This document shows, one piece after another, positions 9,272 through 18,941 of a DNA stretch of 56,410 bases. The position numbers and the translations under genes are program-made. The DNA comes from a virus: positions 1 to 56,410 of the IMG/VR virus record IMGVR_UViG_3300009446_000002; one strand, 5' to 3'. The notes beneath the pieces were generated by a model. That model was not told the DNA's origin and did not search any database. It saw nothing but the letters and a program-made list of their open reading frames with translations. Position 1 is the first letter of the stretch; each line of letters begins with the position of its first letter.

Positions 9272-10156
9272 ATGTTAAAAATCTTATCAAATCCGTACCA
9301 GAACGGTAACAATTTTATGAAGATGACACAAGAGGCGCAGGGGTGCTGCCCTTCGAAAAGAAAGTCTGGAATTCGTAAAATAACGGTCGCTAAACTTTCC
9401 GATATTTTCGGAATAGTTTTCGAATTTTTTACTGTGGAAAAAGGAGCCGTAAACGGTCCGCACAGGCACCAGGTTCTTATTCCAGAAGACAAAAGAACAG
9501 AATCCGGAATCGTAGAACATTTAATTTCTTTAGCCGAAGAAGCTGTCTACGTTCCTTTAACTTCGCAGCCTTTGGCTAAGCAGGCGCTTTCTATTGCCTG
9601 CAGCGGATTCGGCGCTAAGCAATGCGGACCAGGCGAAATCGTAACTTTAGAAAAAGACGGTTCGAACTTCGTTCTTTCATTTGCTACTGACTTCGATATA
9701 GTTGGATATTTAGGCGACGAAGGCGTAGTTACAGAAGAAGTAGAAACGCTGTGCGAAAAAGTCCAAATTTGCGAAGTAAGATTCCCTGTAGAAAAAGAAG
9801 GCACGATCGAAGTAGCTAATTCTGAAACAGGTGATTCCGTTATTATTGGACCATTTGCAGACGAAGAAGAAGTAGTTACGCAAATAAATACAGGGCTTCC
9901 AGTTATCGGAATAAATGTAGAAGCCGTAGAAACTAAGGCTACAGTAAAAGAAGGGTTCTGTTTAGTTCATATTAAGACAACGGATTCGAACGCCTTAACT
10001 TTTAACGGAACGGTAGGCGAAAACTGCGGCTGTGTAGAAAGCTGGGTTTCTGACGAAAAGGAAAAAGAATCTGCAGAAAGACTTAAGTTTTTAAAGGCTG
10101 CAGCTTTCGGCGGAAAGGGTTCTATCGTAGCGTTACCTGTAGCAAAAATTAAGTAA
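9272..10156 (+). CDS. Hypothetical structural-module protein
   Basis: 294-aa ORF in the head/neck region. No motif recognised. Confidence 0.55.
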   Translation: MLKILSNPYQNGNNFMKMTQEAQGCCPSKRKSGIRKITVAKLSDIFGIVFEFFTVEKGAVNGPHRHQVLIPEDKRTESGIVEHLISLAEEAVYVPLTSQPLAKQALSIACSGFGAKQCGPGEIVTLEKDGSNFVLSFATDFDIVGYLGDEGVVTEEVETLCEKVQICEVRFPVEKEGTIEVANSETGDSVIIGPFADEEEVVTQINTGLPVIGINVEAVETKATVKEGFCLVHIKTTDSNALTFNGTVGENCGCVESWVSDEKEKESAERLKFLKAAAFGGKGSIVALPVAKIK

Positions 10157-10157
10157 T

Positions 10158-10982
10158 ATGTGCAGCAGTACATTCGACATAAAGAAAAAAGGCGTCTACT
10201 ATATAGGAGTAGACGCCGCCTGCAAACTATACGCGGAAGATTTAGAAACAGGCGAAGTTACTTACTTCGATTCTATAAAGAAGTCTACGCCTGGCGGCTT
10301 ACTTGTTTTCGAATGTAACGGAAAAGAATTCTTTTTCGACATTAGCTGTATAGCAAACGCAGGAAACGATTTTGCCGCCTTTTTATTAGAATTAAAAGAA
10401 AAACTTTCTAACTGTTCTTCTGGTGAAGGAACGAACGGCGGAAGCGGCGGAAGCAGCGAAGACCCACAAATAGAAACGCATTCTTATACTTTACTTTGCG
10501 ACGAAAGCACAGGCGAAAAGAATTTTTATTTAGCATATGGAGTCTATGAAGAAACGGAAGGAATAGAGGCGATTAATTTAATTCCTGTAGGCGATTCGCC
10601 GCCGTTAGATTCTATAGAAAACTTAGAAATTTGCGGAACTACTGACGAAGACGAAGACGCAGCAAGCTGTATTTTCTGCTACGACAAAAGTTCTGGAAAT
10701 ACTTCGGGCGTAAATATGTTTAATTCGCCTAAAGATTCTATTCATGTTTCTAATATTGGCGTGGAATGGGTTCGACTTGGATTAATTACACCTACAGGAA
10801 CTTCTTTTATTCTTTTGGCTCCTGGTGAAACTATGACTTTACACAGCGAAAATAATTACTTAGGATATGAAGCAGAAATAGTTTCTGCGCCTGCTTCTGG
10901 AAATTCAAAGCCCGAAGACTTAGACCTTAAGAAAACTATTTCTAAGAAAGGTCTGGTTAAGATCAATTTTGTAAACAATTAA
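10158..10982 (+). CDS. Hypothetical structural-module protein
   Basis: 274-aa ORF abutting its neighbours. Confidence 0.55.
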   Translation: MCSSTFDIKKKGVYYIGVDAACKLYAEDLETGEVTYFDSIKKSTPGGLLVFECNGKEFFFDISCIANAGNDFAAFLLELKEKLSNCSSGEGTNGGSGGSSEDPQIETHSYTLLCDESTGEKNFYLAYGVYEETEGIEAINLIPVGDSPPLDSIENLEICGTTDEDEDAASCIFCYDKSSGNTSGVNMFNSPKDSIHVSNIGVEWVRLGLITPTGTSFILLAPGETMTLHSENNYLGYEAEIVSAPASGNSKPEDLDLKKTISKKGLVKINFVNN

Positions 10983-10993
10983 AATTTAATACT

Positions 10994-11545
10994 ATGTTAT
11001 CTATTTTTTCTAAAAACAAAAGTTTTTTATTCTGCGCTATAATTGCGCTTTTATGCTTTGCGGTCGGAATGATTGCAAATGATGTTCCTACAGGTTTAGC
11101 ATTGGCTTCATTTGGCGGAATAGGCGGCGTTATTTTTTCTTCGCCTTCGCTTAACTGCGATTTTAATGTCTTGAATTGTATTATGTGTTTTAATGCTGAA
11201 AATTTAGAAAGCGGACCTATTCCGTTTACTGACGCAGCAGGCGACCCAGCAAACCTTACAGGACTAACGCTTTCAAATACTGCAGACTTTCCAGTCTTAT
11301 TTACTTTGAATGTAGACGACGACGCAGACGCAGCGACACCAGACGTAGTTAGACATTTGATTCTATTGCCTTACGAAAGTCAAACTTTGAACTTTAACGG
11401 CGCGCCTATTACTGGAATCGCAAATATTCAAGCGGCGGCAAATCCTGTTCCTGGTAAAAACGATGTGAACGGCAAATATCCTTTAGCTACGGCGGAAGAT
11501 ATAAAGAAGCCAGGCTATGTTAAGGTCAACGGAATTAACGCATAA
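10994..11545 (+). CDS. Hypothetical membrane protein
   Basis: Two N-terminal hydrophobic stretches (FLFCAIIALLCFAVGMIA and GLALASFGGIGGVIF). Confidence 0.5.
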   Translation: MLSIFSKNKSFLFCAIIALLCFAVGMIANDVPTGLALASFGGIGGVIFSSPSLNCDFNVLNCIMCFNAENLESGPIPFTDAAGDPANLTGLTLSNTADFPVLFTLNVDDDADAATPDVVRHLILLPYESQTLNFNGAPITGIANIQAAANPVPGKNDVNGKYPLATAEDIKKPGYVKVNGINA

Positions 11546-11568
11546 AAAAAGTTCTCAAATAAGTTATT

Positions 11569-11605
11569 AGTTCCGACTTCTGGAAGCAGCGGTCGGAACT
11601 TTTTA
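11569..11605 (+). terminator. Rho-independent terminator
   Basis: Perfect 9-bp stem, AGTTCCGAC (11569-11577) with GTCGGAACT (11592-11600), followed by TTTTT. It ends 11 nt before ATG 11617. Confidence 0.75.
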
Positions 11606-11616
11606 AAACCAAAAAA

Positions 11617-13800
11617 ATGAAGTCTTTATTATTTAATATATTTTTCGTGTTTATTTCTTTCGCTTCTTTTTCACAGATCGGAACTGGCGGCGGAATAGGC
11701 GGAAGCATACAAACACCAGAAGGCGAATACCTGCCTTCCTGTGATACTATAGACTTAGGAAAAATAGTCTATCAAAAATTCTTAAACGGTAAAGACTGCG
11801 GCTGCTTCGAATGGAAGGACGAAGAATTCCAAGAAATAGAAACAGGATGCAAAAATATTATTCCTGGAAAATGTGAAATTGAATATTTCAATGAATGCTG
11901 CGTAATTTGGTTAACGGACATAGAATACGATAACAGCGCAATAGACAAAGAATGCGGATTTATAAACGGCGTAGGAAACGAAGCTATAAATATGTTCTGG
12001 GGTCTTTGGGAATACGAGGCTGTAATGTATCAAAATAATAATGTTCTTTATCCTAATGTTCAAATAGAACATTGTTCCTGGAATGAAAACTTTATAACTT
12101 CTATGATTCCAGTAGCGAACGATAATTTTCCAGACAGATTTTACTTCTTTAACGCTGGTAAAAAATCCTGGCGAATAACGAAAACTGTAAGCTGTGGACT
12201 AACTGCCCAGTTTTACGGACCTATACGCGCTACGTATTTAGAAAATACCTGCGGAAAGCCTGGCTGGTCTAAGCACGTAGGAAAGACTATTGACTTAATG
12301 CCTACTTTCAGAAGGGCGGATAAGCCTACGGAATTTCTAAAATGCTATAAGAAGGTAAATGGAAAAATAGTAAACGTAGAATATACGAAAACCGACGGAA
12401 CACCAATCGAAGACTTTATCCAATTTTTAGCAGATCAAAACGGAAAAACAAAAAACGAACTACTTAATTATAAAAGTACAGACAAAGAATGGATAGACTG
12501 CGCCGAAAGATGCGGTTTCGATTTTGGAGAATTGCCAAAATTCGAATCTAACTGCTATACTGTACAGAAAGAAATTTGCGTTTTTAACACAGAGCCGCCT
12601 ACCCAAATTTGGCTTAATAGAAGCTACTGCGAAGGAAATATTATAGCTACGGATTACTATTCTAACGACATTACTGTTTTAGAGTCCGACGAATGGGAAG
12701 AATACACAGGCGAAGTTTCGGACGTTAAAAACTGCGACGGCTCGGAAGAAATTTTGGACGAACAGGACTTCGAAACTTTATCTACTTTTTCTGGATGCGC
12801 GAAGGAAGAATTAACTATCGGATGGAATTTAGATGGTCCAGAATGTTTGTTCGACGAACAGAACCCTGTTCCTGCTATTGGTTCGGAAGTATGTTATACG
12901 TTCGAAGACTTTTTAGAAGAAAACTGCGAACTTATTATTCCTATGCAGCAAAGCCTTTCTTCTGTAAGCGGAAATACTGTCTGCTGGATTTACGACGGAA
13001 CGAATTTAGGTCCTGTTATTACTTACGATTTAATTTCTCTTACTGGCGATTATATCCAAAGCGGAAAAACAGAAACCTGTTTAGGCGGCGGCGGCGACGA
13101 ATTTAAAAAAGTAGAAGTAGAAGTCTGCCAGGTCCTATGTGTAGGCGAAGATAAAGTAATAAGAAACCTAAACGGCGAAGTAATAGAAAAAGAAGACTTA
13201 TGTTTTTCGGACTGTAGCGGAAATTATAATTCTATTTATGGAAGCTGGAATAATTCTGCCTGGTGCTACGATGAAAAGCCAGTCTTAGAATTTGTTTATA
13301 ACGACGGAAGCGTAGCTTATTATAGCGAAGGAATAAAGTTAAAAAATGTAGAACTTTCTATCTGTGGTTCGTGCTGCGAAGATGAAGGAGAAGAAGAACC
13401 TACGGAAGACCCCTGCGTATTTATTAGGTGCCCAGAAGGAACGACACCTACACCAAACGACGAAGGCGGCTGCGATTGTTTAGTAGAAGAATTTGGCGAC
13501 TCGAAAACCTGCGCAGCTACGAAAATAGGCGCTACGTTCTTTTCTTCTGCTCCTGGTTCTGGAACGCAGCAGGGCGACATTTTCTTAGGCGGAAACCTTT
13601 TAGGCTGGGGCGGATTTTTTGAAGTAGTAGATAGCGCAGGCGATACGCACATATTTAATAAAGACGATACAGTAACAGGGCTTTCTTCTGGGCAAACTCA
13701 AAGCGTAACTTTGAAAGGCTGGATTAATTGGAGCGACGGAAGAACAGAATATCAATGTAATGTAGAAGTATTAATTTCAGCAAACTTTAACGTAATATGA
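11617..13800 (+). CDS. Exported Cys-rich 727-aa protein (tail-fibre or surface-protein-like)
   Basis: Signal peptide MKSLLFNIFFVFISFASFS|Q. Many Cys residues. No catalytic motif recognised. Confidence 0.7.
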   Translation: MKSLLFNIFFVFISFASFSQIGTGGGIGGSIQTPEGEYLPSCDTIDLGKIVYQKFLNGKDCGCFEWKDEEFQEIETGCKNIIPGKCEIEYFNECCVIWLTDIEYDNSAIDKECGFINGVGNEAINMFWGLWEYEAVMYQNNNVLYPNVQIEHCSWNENFITSMIPVANDNFPDRFYFFNAGKKSWRITKTVSCGLTAQFYGPIRATYLENTCGKPGWSKHVGKTIDLMPTFRRADKPTEFLKCYKKVNGKIVNVEYTKTDGTPIEDFIQFLADQNGKTKNELLNYKSTDKEWIDCAERCGFDFGELPKFESNCYTVQKEICVFNTEPPTQIWLNRSYCEGNIIATDYYSNDITVLESDEWEEYTGEVSDVKNCDGSEEILDEQDFETLSTFSGCAKEELTIGWNLDGPECLFDEQNPVPAIGSEVCYTFEDFLEENCELIIPMQQSLSSVSGNTVCWIYDGTNLGPVITYDLISLTGDYIQSGKTETCLGGGGDEFKKVEVEVCQVLCVGEDKVIRNLNGEVIEKEDLCFSDCSGNYNSIYGSWNNSAWCYDEKPVLEFVYNDGSVAYYSEGIKLKNVELSICGSCCEDEGEEEPTEDPCVFIRCPEGTTPTPNDEGGCDCLVEEFGDSKTCAATKIGATFFSSAPGSGTQQGDIFLGGNLLGWGGFFEVVDSAGDTHIFNKDDTVTGLSSGQTQSVTLKGWINWSDGRTEYQCNVEVLISANFNVI

Positions 13801-14822
13801 AAAAGCTATTTATATTTTTATTATTAGTTCCTTCTATTGTTTTTTCACAGACAGAAGGCGAAGGAATTACTTTCGAAAAATCCTGCTGCGAAACTTCTTC
13901 TGCGTTTTCCTGCGAAGAAGTTTTCGCCTGTGAAGGCTGGGAAGATTTTTTATCCGACTTTATTCCAGAAAATTTAGACAACGACCCAGCGAACGAAATA
14001 CAGAACCTAAGTCTTTCTGGTTGTAATTTATCTATTAGTGGCGTAGCTGGTTCTATAGACATTTGTTCAATACTGCAGACATTAGAAGAAGATCGATGCG
14101 CAGGACCTTTCCACAGATCAGTAAGGGACGGCTGGGCCTTAGGAACCTGGACACCTGTAGAAAACGGAAACATAGGTCTTACTACTTTGGACTGGGACAA
14201 TATAGGAGCCGCTAGGACTTCGCCAGACTGTGTTACCGATATGATTGTAAGCGTAGACTTCGGAAACTATTATACGCAAATTAGAAGAATGAGAGCAGAT
14301 ATATATATAGATGCTAGGATATTAATAAACGGCGCTGCTGTTCTTACGGTTAACGCAATTAAGAGAATACACGAAGACGAAAGAAACGACACAAACCCAG
14401 ACGTTATTCCTGTTCAACAATATCAAACTAAACACCCTGGAAGCTATTATTACGAAAGATTAAATGTTCCTGCAGGCGCTACGGTACAGCAGCAGGTTCG
14501 CGTTCGTTATAGATTTGTAGGGGCGCAAACTTCCGCTTTCGGAAGAATAGCGCCTTCCTTATATCCTTCTGTTTCTTATGAGTTCGAACCACGTAACGAA
14601 CTTACTGCAGTAAGACTTAGCGCAGTAGAACCTTTTTGGATTTTAGCAGACGACTTCGGCGGATTATTTTACGGAATAGGAGAACCAGAAGAAGGCGCCG
14701 AAATTTTTCCAGAAATAAATTCTTATAAAAAAGGAATAGAAGAAGCAGAAGAAGAAGCAGAAAAAAAGCTATTAAGTTTTACGGAAGAAGAAGAAATTAA
14801 AGAAACCAAAAGACAAAATTAA
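13797..14822 (+). CDS. Exported tail-fibre-like protein
   Basis: Signal peptide MKKLFIFLLLVPSIVFS|Q. The motif DPANEIQNLSLSGCNLSISG resembles the NE(I/L)QxLSLSGNxLS(I/L)S motif of Bacteroidetes tail-fibre-domain surface proteins. ATGA overlap with the upstream stop. Confidence 0.7.
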   Translation: MKKLFIFLLLVPSIVFSQTEGEGITFEKSCCETSSAFSCEEVFACEGWEDFLSDFIPENLDNDPANEIQNLSLSGCNLSISGVAGSIDICSILQTLEEDRCAGPFHRSVRDGWALGTWTPVENGNIGLTTLDWDNIGAARTSPDCVTDMIVSVDFGNYYTQIRRMRADIYIDARILINGAAVLTVNAIKRIHEDERNDTNPDVIPVQQYQTKHPGSYYYERLNVPAGATVQQQVRVRYRFVGAQTSAFGRIAPSLYPSVSYEFEPRNELTAVRLSAVEPFWILADDFGGLFYGIGEPEEGAEIFPEINSYKKGIEEAEEEAEKKLLSFTEEEEIKETKRQN

Positions 14823-14826
14823 ATTT

Positions 14827-15825
14827 ATGAAAAAGTTATTACTGCTATTATTTTCTTTTCTATTGTTGATCGGATGCAAAGACGATCAGAAAAACTTAGA
14901 AAAGGTATTCGACGAAGAAATGTTTACCTGCGTAAATCCGCCTGCGTTCGAAGGAATGGAACAGCTTCTACCTAAGCCGCTTCCTGCGAAGGATTATACT
15001 TACGGCTTTATTCCTATGAAAGACGGAAGTCCGAATCCTTCAGAAGTTGTACAGCAAGTAAAGGACGGCTTAGCATTTATAAATACGAAAATGAAATATA
15101 ATTTTATTTTCGTAGAAAATCATTTAGAAGCAGACCTTCCAATAAGTACAGAACCAGGCGGAAGCTGGTCGCACTTAGGAACACATATACAGCACGTTTA
15201 TTTTTTAGATAAAAATAATCCTGTTATGAATTTCGGATGGTATGAAACGAACGCAAACAAAAGAATTCCTGGTTATTATTGGGAATACGATTTTCGCGTA
15301 GTTGTTCATGAAGCGGCGATACACTTACTTTTAGGGAAATACCACGGGCATAACCAAAGCGTAGAGAACGGCGGACACGTTTATAAGATGGAAGTAATAG
15401 CAGAAGAATTAGGTTCTATGGAATACGCTTCGCAAATATATTTTAATTTACCTTCGAATCATTTTAGGGACACTTTTAACAGAGAAGATTTAAGTAACTA
15501 TCCAGTAAAGGTTAACTGGGTCGAAGACCCAAGTAAGGCAGGATTTACGCCTTTTATAGCTACGGAAAAAGAATGGGCAGAACTTAGGGAATACTTCGGA
15601 GCGCCCGAAGGATTCGAAGACGACGACGAAGAAGTAATAGTAGCAGAAAGAGTCTGCAGACACGCGCAAGGCGATAGCGTTATTTACAAAAAATTTAATA
15701 TGATAGGCGTAGTATTAGAAGCCGTCTACGACCCTAAACAATGTAGGTATCAAATAAAATATACTACAGGCTATACAGGAATAGCAAGGGACCAAAGCTT
15801 AAGAAAATACACAAACTGTAATTAA
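14827..15825 (+). CDS. Lipoprotein, predicted surface-exposed (LLIGC lipobox, then KDD)
   Basis: MKKLLLLLFSFLLLIG|CKDDQK has a lipobox and then K-D-D at +2 to +4. A His cluster HEAAIHLLLGKYHGH is present but is not a canonical HExxH. Confidence 0.7.
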   Translation: MKKLLLLLFSFLLLIGCKDDQKNLEKVFDEEMFTCVNPPAFEGMEQLLPKPLPAKDYTYGFIPMKDGSPNPSEVVQQVKDGLAFINTKMKYNFIFVENHLEADLPISTEPGGSWSHLGTHIQHVYFLDKNNPVMNFGWYETNANKRIPGYYWEYDFRVVVHEAAIHLLLGKYHGHNQSVENGGHVYKMEVIAEELGSMEYASQIYFNLPSNHFRDTFNREDLSNYPVKVNWVEDPSKAGFTPFIATEKEWAELREYFGAPEGFEDDDEEVIVAERVCRHAQGDSVIYKKFNMIGVVLEAVYDPKQCRYQIKYTTGYTGIARDQSLRKYTNCN

Positions 15826-15840
15826 TAAATTTTAATAAAA

Positions 15841-18396
15841 ATGAAAAATAGAATTTTAATCTTATTACTGGTTTTAGTTTCTTCCGCAATGTTTGGACAA
15901 ACTAAATACCCTTACATCTCTTTCGAATGTTCAAACTGTGAATTCGTGAAGGACGTAAGTAAAGAAACAGGAAAAGTAGGTTATGACTTTACGGGTCTTA
16001 AATTGGTTAACGCCGAAGACGGAACTGTAATAGATTATATTTCTACACCTTTAGCTATTTCTTATTACGACACCTATGTAAGAATCAATAGAAAGAATTA
16101 CACCTGGGAAAGAATCGTAGGCGCTAATACTGCAGATCAATTTACTGCTAACTTTTTAAATTGCATTAAGGGCGCAGGCGCTTTACCAGAACACGAACAC
16201 GAAGACGAAAATACTTTCGCGACACAGGCACCAGCAGAAGGACCAGGCGAAGACAGTAACGAAACACCTTACGAAGAAGGCGACATAGTTATAACTTTTG
16301 CAGACGGAACTACTTTAGTGATGCCTAAGTATTGCGAACTGCAGGACACCTGCTACTTAATAGACCCAATCGTAGGCGATGGATTAGAAACAGAAATTTC
16401 TATAACTTACGACCCTGTAACGTGCGAAGAATTTATAAAAGAACTTTGTCTACCTTCTAAGGAAAGCCCCGTAGGTTATCCAGTATATGAGTTCGAAGAA
16501 ACTAATAACTGCGAAGGTATGTTCGACTTAGCAGGAAACGACACAGAATGCAGTTTTGGACCTACTACATATAAACTGGATTACGATAAGGTAGACTTCG
16601 AAAAATTTACTTCAATAGAAGTAAATGTAGACGGTTCGGTAAGCTATAAGCTTAAAGAATGTAAGACAGGTCTTTATACTATACCTTATTTAATGTGCTG
16701 CGGCCAAATGGAATTCCCACAGGAACACGAATTCGCCTACACTAAGCCGCCTATGGGTTTTCTACTGATTGAAAAAATAATTACTAACGGTTCGGAATTT
16801 TCGATCGGCGAAACTGTAGAATTCGAAATAGTAGTATGTATAGACGCAGCCAGCGACGGCGACGTAGACTTAGCTACTATGACGGACCCTATAGACGCTT
16901 CCTGCTTTGGAAATGGAATAACTATTTCTTCTACTTCTGTAGGAACTTCGACTTTTTCAAACGATCAAATAGTCTGGGATTTAGGAACTGTTTCGCTTCC
17001 TGCTCCAAATTGTCAAACTTTAAAATATAGCGCAGAAGTTACCTGCAGCGGATACGGAACTTTAGCTAATGTAGCTACTGTAGTAGGCGACGGCGACGGC
17101 GACGGAATTGTAGGCGACACAGAAGTAGACGACATAGTAACGATAACAGAACCAGCAGCAGGACCAGTTTCGGCCGCTAAGCTTACAGACCCAGCTTCGA
17201 CGGGAATTTCTGCGGCTAACGCTATCTGTAACGCTAAGCCAGACGGTAGCGAAATGATTTGCGGCGAATGCGCAGGCGCAAAAATATATTTACATAATGA
17301 ATCTACTGCAGAATTTTTGCAGGAAACAGTTACGGGTTTAACTGGCGGCGCTGTGTCTACCTGGTCTTCCGACTTAGCAGACCCTACGAAATCTATTCTT
17401 AATTTCATTACACCAGCTACAGCAGTATTTTCGAACTGCGAAGGCAAAGCTTCAAACTGGAAATTCGATAAGGAAGCCTGGGCTTTTGCTAACGGATATG
17501 TTTACGCAGCTACAGGATTTTCTAGCCTTAACGGAAACGCATTTATAAGCGATAAAAGCAATTTCGACGCCAGAAGCTTTGCAATGGAATTAATTATAGA
17601 ACCATATGCAGGCGGAAGCTGCGAAGGACAAACTTCGAACGAATGTCCTATAGTCGGAACAGAAAATATTCGAGATACGATTTGTAGACCAATTATGGCT
17701 ACTACAGGAAATGTTTCGGCTTCCTTATTATTAGAACCTAAAAGCGTAGACTGTGTAGGAAATACTTTTCTTCCATTTGTTGCTGTTATTCAAAATATGA
17801 GGAATGTCGGCTGGAACCAGCCAAATAGTCCGATAGGCTGGACTCTAAACTTTCCAGACCCTTCTACGATAACTTTTACTGGTCCTGTAGCTACCTGCGG
17901 ACCCTATTTATTCAATGCAGGAAACGGGTCTGTTTTCGAATGGTGGGCTTTTGATTTAGCAGATATGGGACAGGGCGCGGACCCGACAACGAACCAATAT
18001 ATTACGCCGTTAACCTTTTCACAGAATAGAAAGAACGGTCTTTTAGGTTGGCTTACAAAAGAAGTAAAAGCACAGCCAGACGGATTAGGAACAGCGCACA
18101 TAGTTATTAAAGCCTTGGCACATACGGTTGGCTGTGATAATTTTGATATAAGAATGAATATAGGACTGGAAAGGGCAAATGGACAGAAGGCAGGTTCGGA
18201 CGCTTCTTATACTTATTCGCTTAACGGAACTGTAGATAATTCAGTTATAGGTTTCGGCAAAAACAATAACACTACAGTAACTTTTCCAGGAGTAGGAATT
18301 CACAATATTTTTGTCACTTATCAAACCATAGACGAAGATGGAAACCCAAGAAACGCAGAAGCTTTTTCCGAATTCGAACTACATTACGGATATTAA
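15841..18396 (+). CDS. Exported 851-aa protein (tail-fibre or adhesin-like)
   Basis: Signal peptide MKNRILILLLVLVSSAMFG|Q. Large and rich in Thr, Gly and Asp. Confidence 0.7.
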   Translation: MKNRILILLLVLVSSAMFGQTKYPYISFECSNCEFVKDVSKETGKVGYDFTGLKLVNAEDGTVIDYISTPLAISYYDTYVRINRKNYTWERIVGANTADQFTANFLNCIKGAGALPEHEHEDENTFATQAPAEGPGEDSNETPYEEGDIVITFADGTTLVMPKYCELQDTCYLIDPIVGDGLETEISITYDPVTCEEFIKELCLPSKESPVGYPVYEFEETNNCEGMFDLAGNDTECSFGPTTYKLDYDKVDFEKFTSIEVNVDGSVSYKLKECKTGLYTIPYLMCCGQMEFPQEHEFAYTKPPMGFLLIEKIITNGSEFSIGETVEFEIVVCIDAASDGDVDLATMTDPIDASCFGNGITISSTSVGTSTFSNDQIVWDLGTVSLPAPNCQTLKYSAEVTCSGYGTLANVATVVGDGDGDGIVGDTEVDDIVTITEPAAGPVSAAKLTDPASTGISAANAICNAKPDGSEMICGECAGAKIYLHNESTAEFLQETVTGLTGGAVSTWSSDLADPTKSILNFITPATAVFSNCEGKASNWKFDKEAWAFANGYVYAATGFSSLNGNAFISDKSNFDARSFAMELIIEPYAGGSCEGQTSNECPIVGTENIRDTICRPIMATTGNVSASLLLEPKSVDCVGNTFLPFVAVIQNMRNVGWNQPNSPIGWTLNFPDPSTITFTGPVATCGPYLFNAGNGSVFEWWAFDLADMGQGADPTTNQYITPLTFSQNRKNGLLGWLTKEVKAQPDGLGTAHIVIKALAHTVGCDNFDIRMNIGLERANGQKAGSDASYTYSLNGTVDNSVIGFGKNNNTTVTFPGVGIHNIFVTYQTIDEDGNPRNAEAFSEFELHYGY

Positions 18397-18406
18397 AACT
18401 AAAGAA

Positions 18407-18874
18407 ATGAATACAACAGGATTATATAAACTTTTTGGTTCTATTTCATTTGCTTTCTTAGCTAATTTAATGTCGCCTATTTGGTTCTATTTGTACATTC
18501 CTTTTTTGCTTATTTTGCTGGACATTGTAGTAGGCGTTTCTGCTGCAATACTCGGAAGGAATGAAGAAATGGACCCGACAAAGTTCCGTAAGACGATCAA
18601 TAAAGTAGTGCAGTATGTAGTAGGTATTTTAGCCGCTTGGATATTAGCGCACATTATAGCAGACCTTACGATAACAGAACCAGAAATAAAAATAGTGCAG
18701 GCTGCTTTCGGCTATATGATAGCTTCTGAATTAATTTCTATATACACGCATATAAGCCACAGTACAGGGCTTCCATTACTTGAAACTATGAAGAAATTTA
18801 TTCCAGGAATGACGCCTACTAAAGAATTAAACGAAGCAGAAGAAGAAATAAATAAAACAGACATAGAAGAATAA
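18407..18874 (+). CDS. Holin, TcdE/Phage_holin_4_1-like
   Basis: Several TM helices. LLILLDIVVGVSAAILG...KFRKTINK and ASELISIYTHISHSTGLPLLETMKKFI parallel the D.vtG..A and E.iSI.eN..G.P..l motifs of TcdE-type holins. ATG 18407 is preferred over 18338, which overlaps the upstream gene by 59 nt. Confidence 0.7.
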   Translation: MNTTGLYKLFGSISFAFLANLMSPIWFYLYIPFLLILLDIVVGVSAAILGRNEEMDPTKFRKTINKVVQYVVGILAAWILAHIIADLTITEPEIKIVQAAFGYMIASELISIYTHISHSTGLPLLETMKKFIPGMTPTKELNEAEEEINKTDIEE

Positions 18875-18896
18875 ACAAGTCTTTGCAGAAGTGCAG

Positions 18897-18929
18897 AAAG
18901 CCTGGAAGCTTACGCTTTCGGGCTTTTTT
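18897..18929 (+). terminator. Rho-independent terminator
   Basis: 12-bp stem including 2 G-U pairs (AAAGCCTGGAAG with CTTTCGGGCTTT), a 6-nt loop and a T6 run. Confidence 0.7.
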
Positions 18930-18941
18930 ACGTTATATATG

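Noticed and set aside
12795-13106. Arg-rich alternative-frame + strand ORFs. This one, plus 13428-13622, 16836-17030, 27084-27323, 29359-29607, 54099-54320, 55017-55199 and 55836-56027.
   Set aside because: They are embedded out of frame in larger genes. Their R/Y/F-rich composition is typical of shifted frames of GAA/GAC/GGC-rich coding sequence.
15307-15357. A zinc-metalloprotease (HExxH / metzincin HExxHxxGxxH) motif in the lipoprotein
   Set aside because: The sequence is HEAAIHLLLGKYHGH, that is HExxxH with one extra residue, so it does not match the canonical spacing. I kept it only as a possible metal-binding His cluster.
18338-18406. An upstream ATG start for the holin gene
   Set aside because: It would overlap the 851-aa gene by 59 nt and add a non-hydrophobic 23-aa leader. 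ATG 18407 follows the upstream stop and starts right before the first TM helix.
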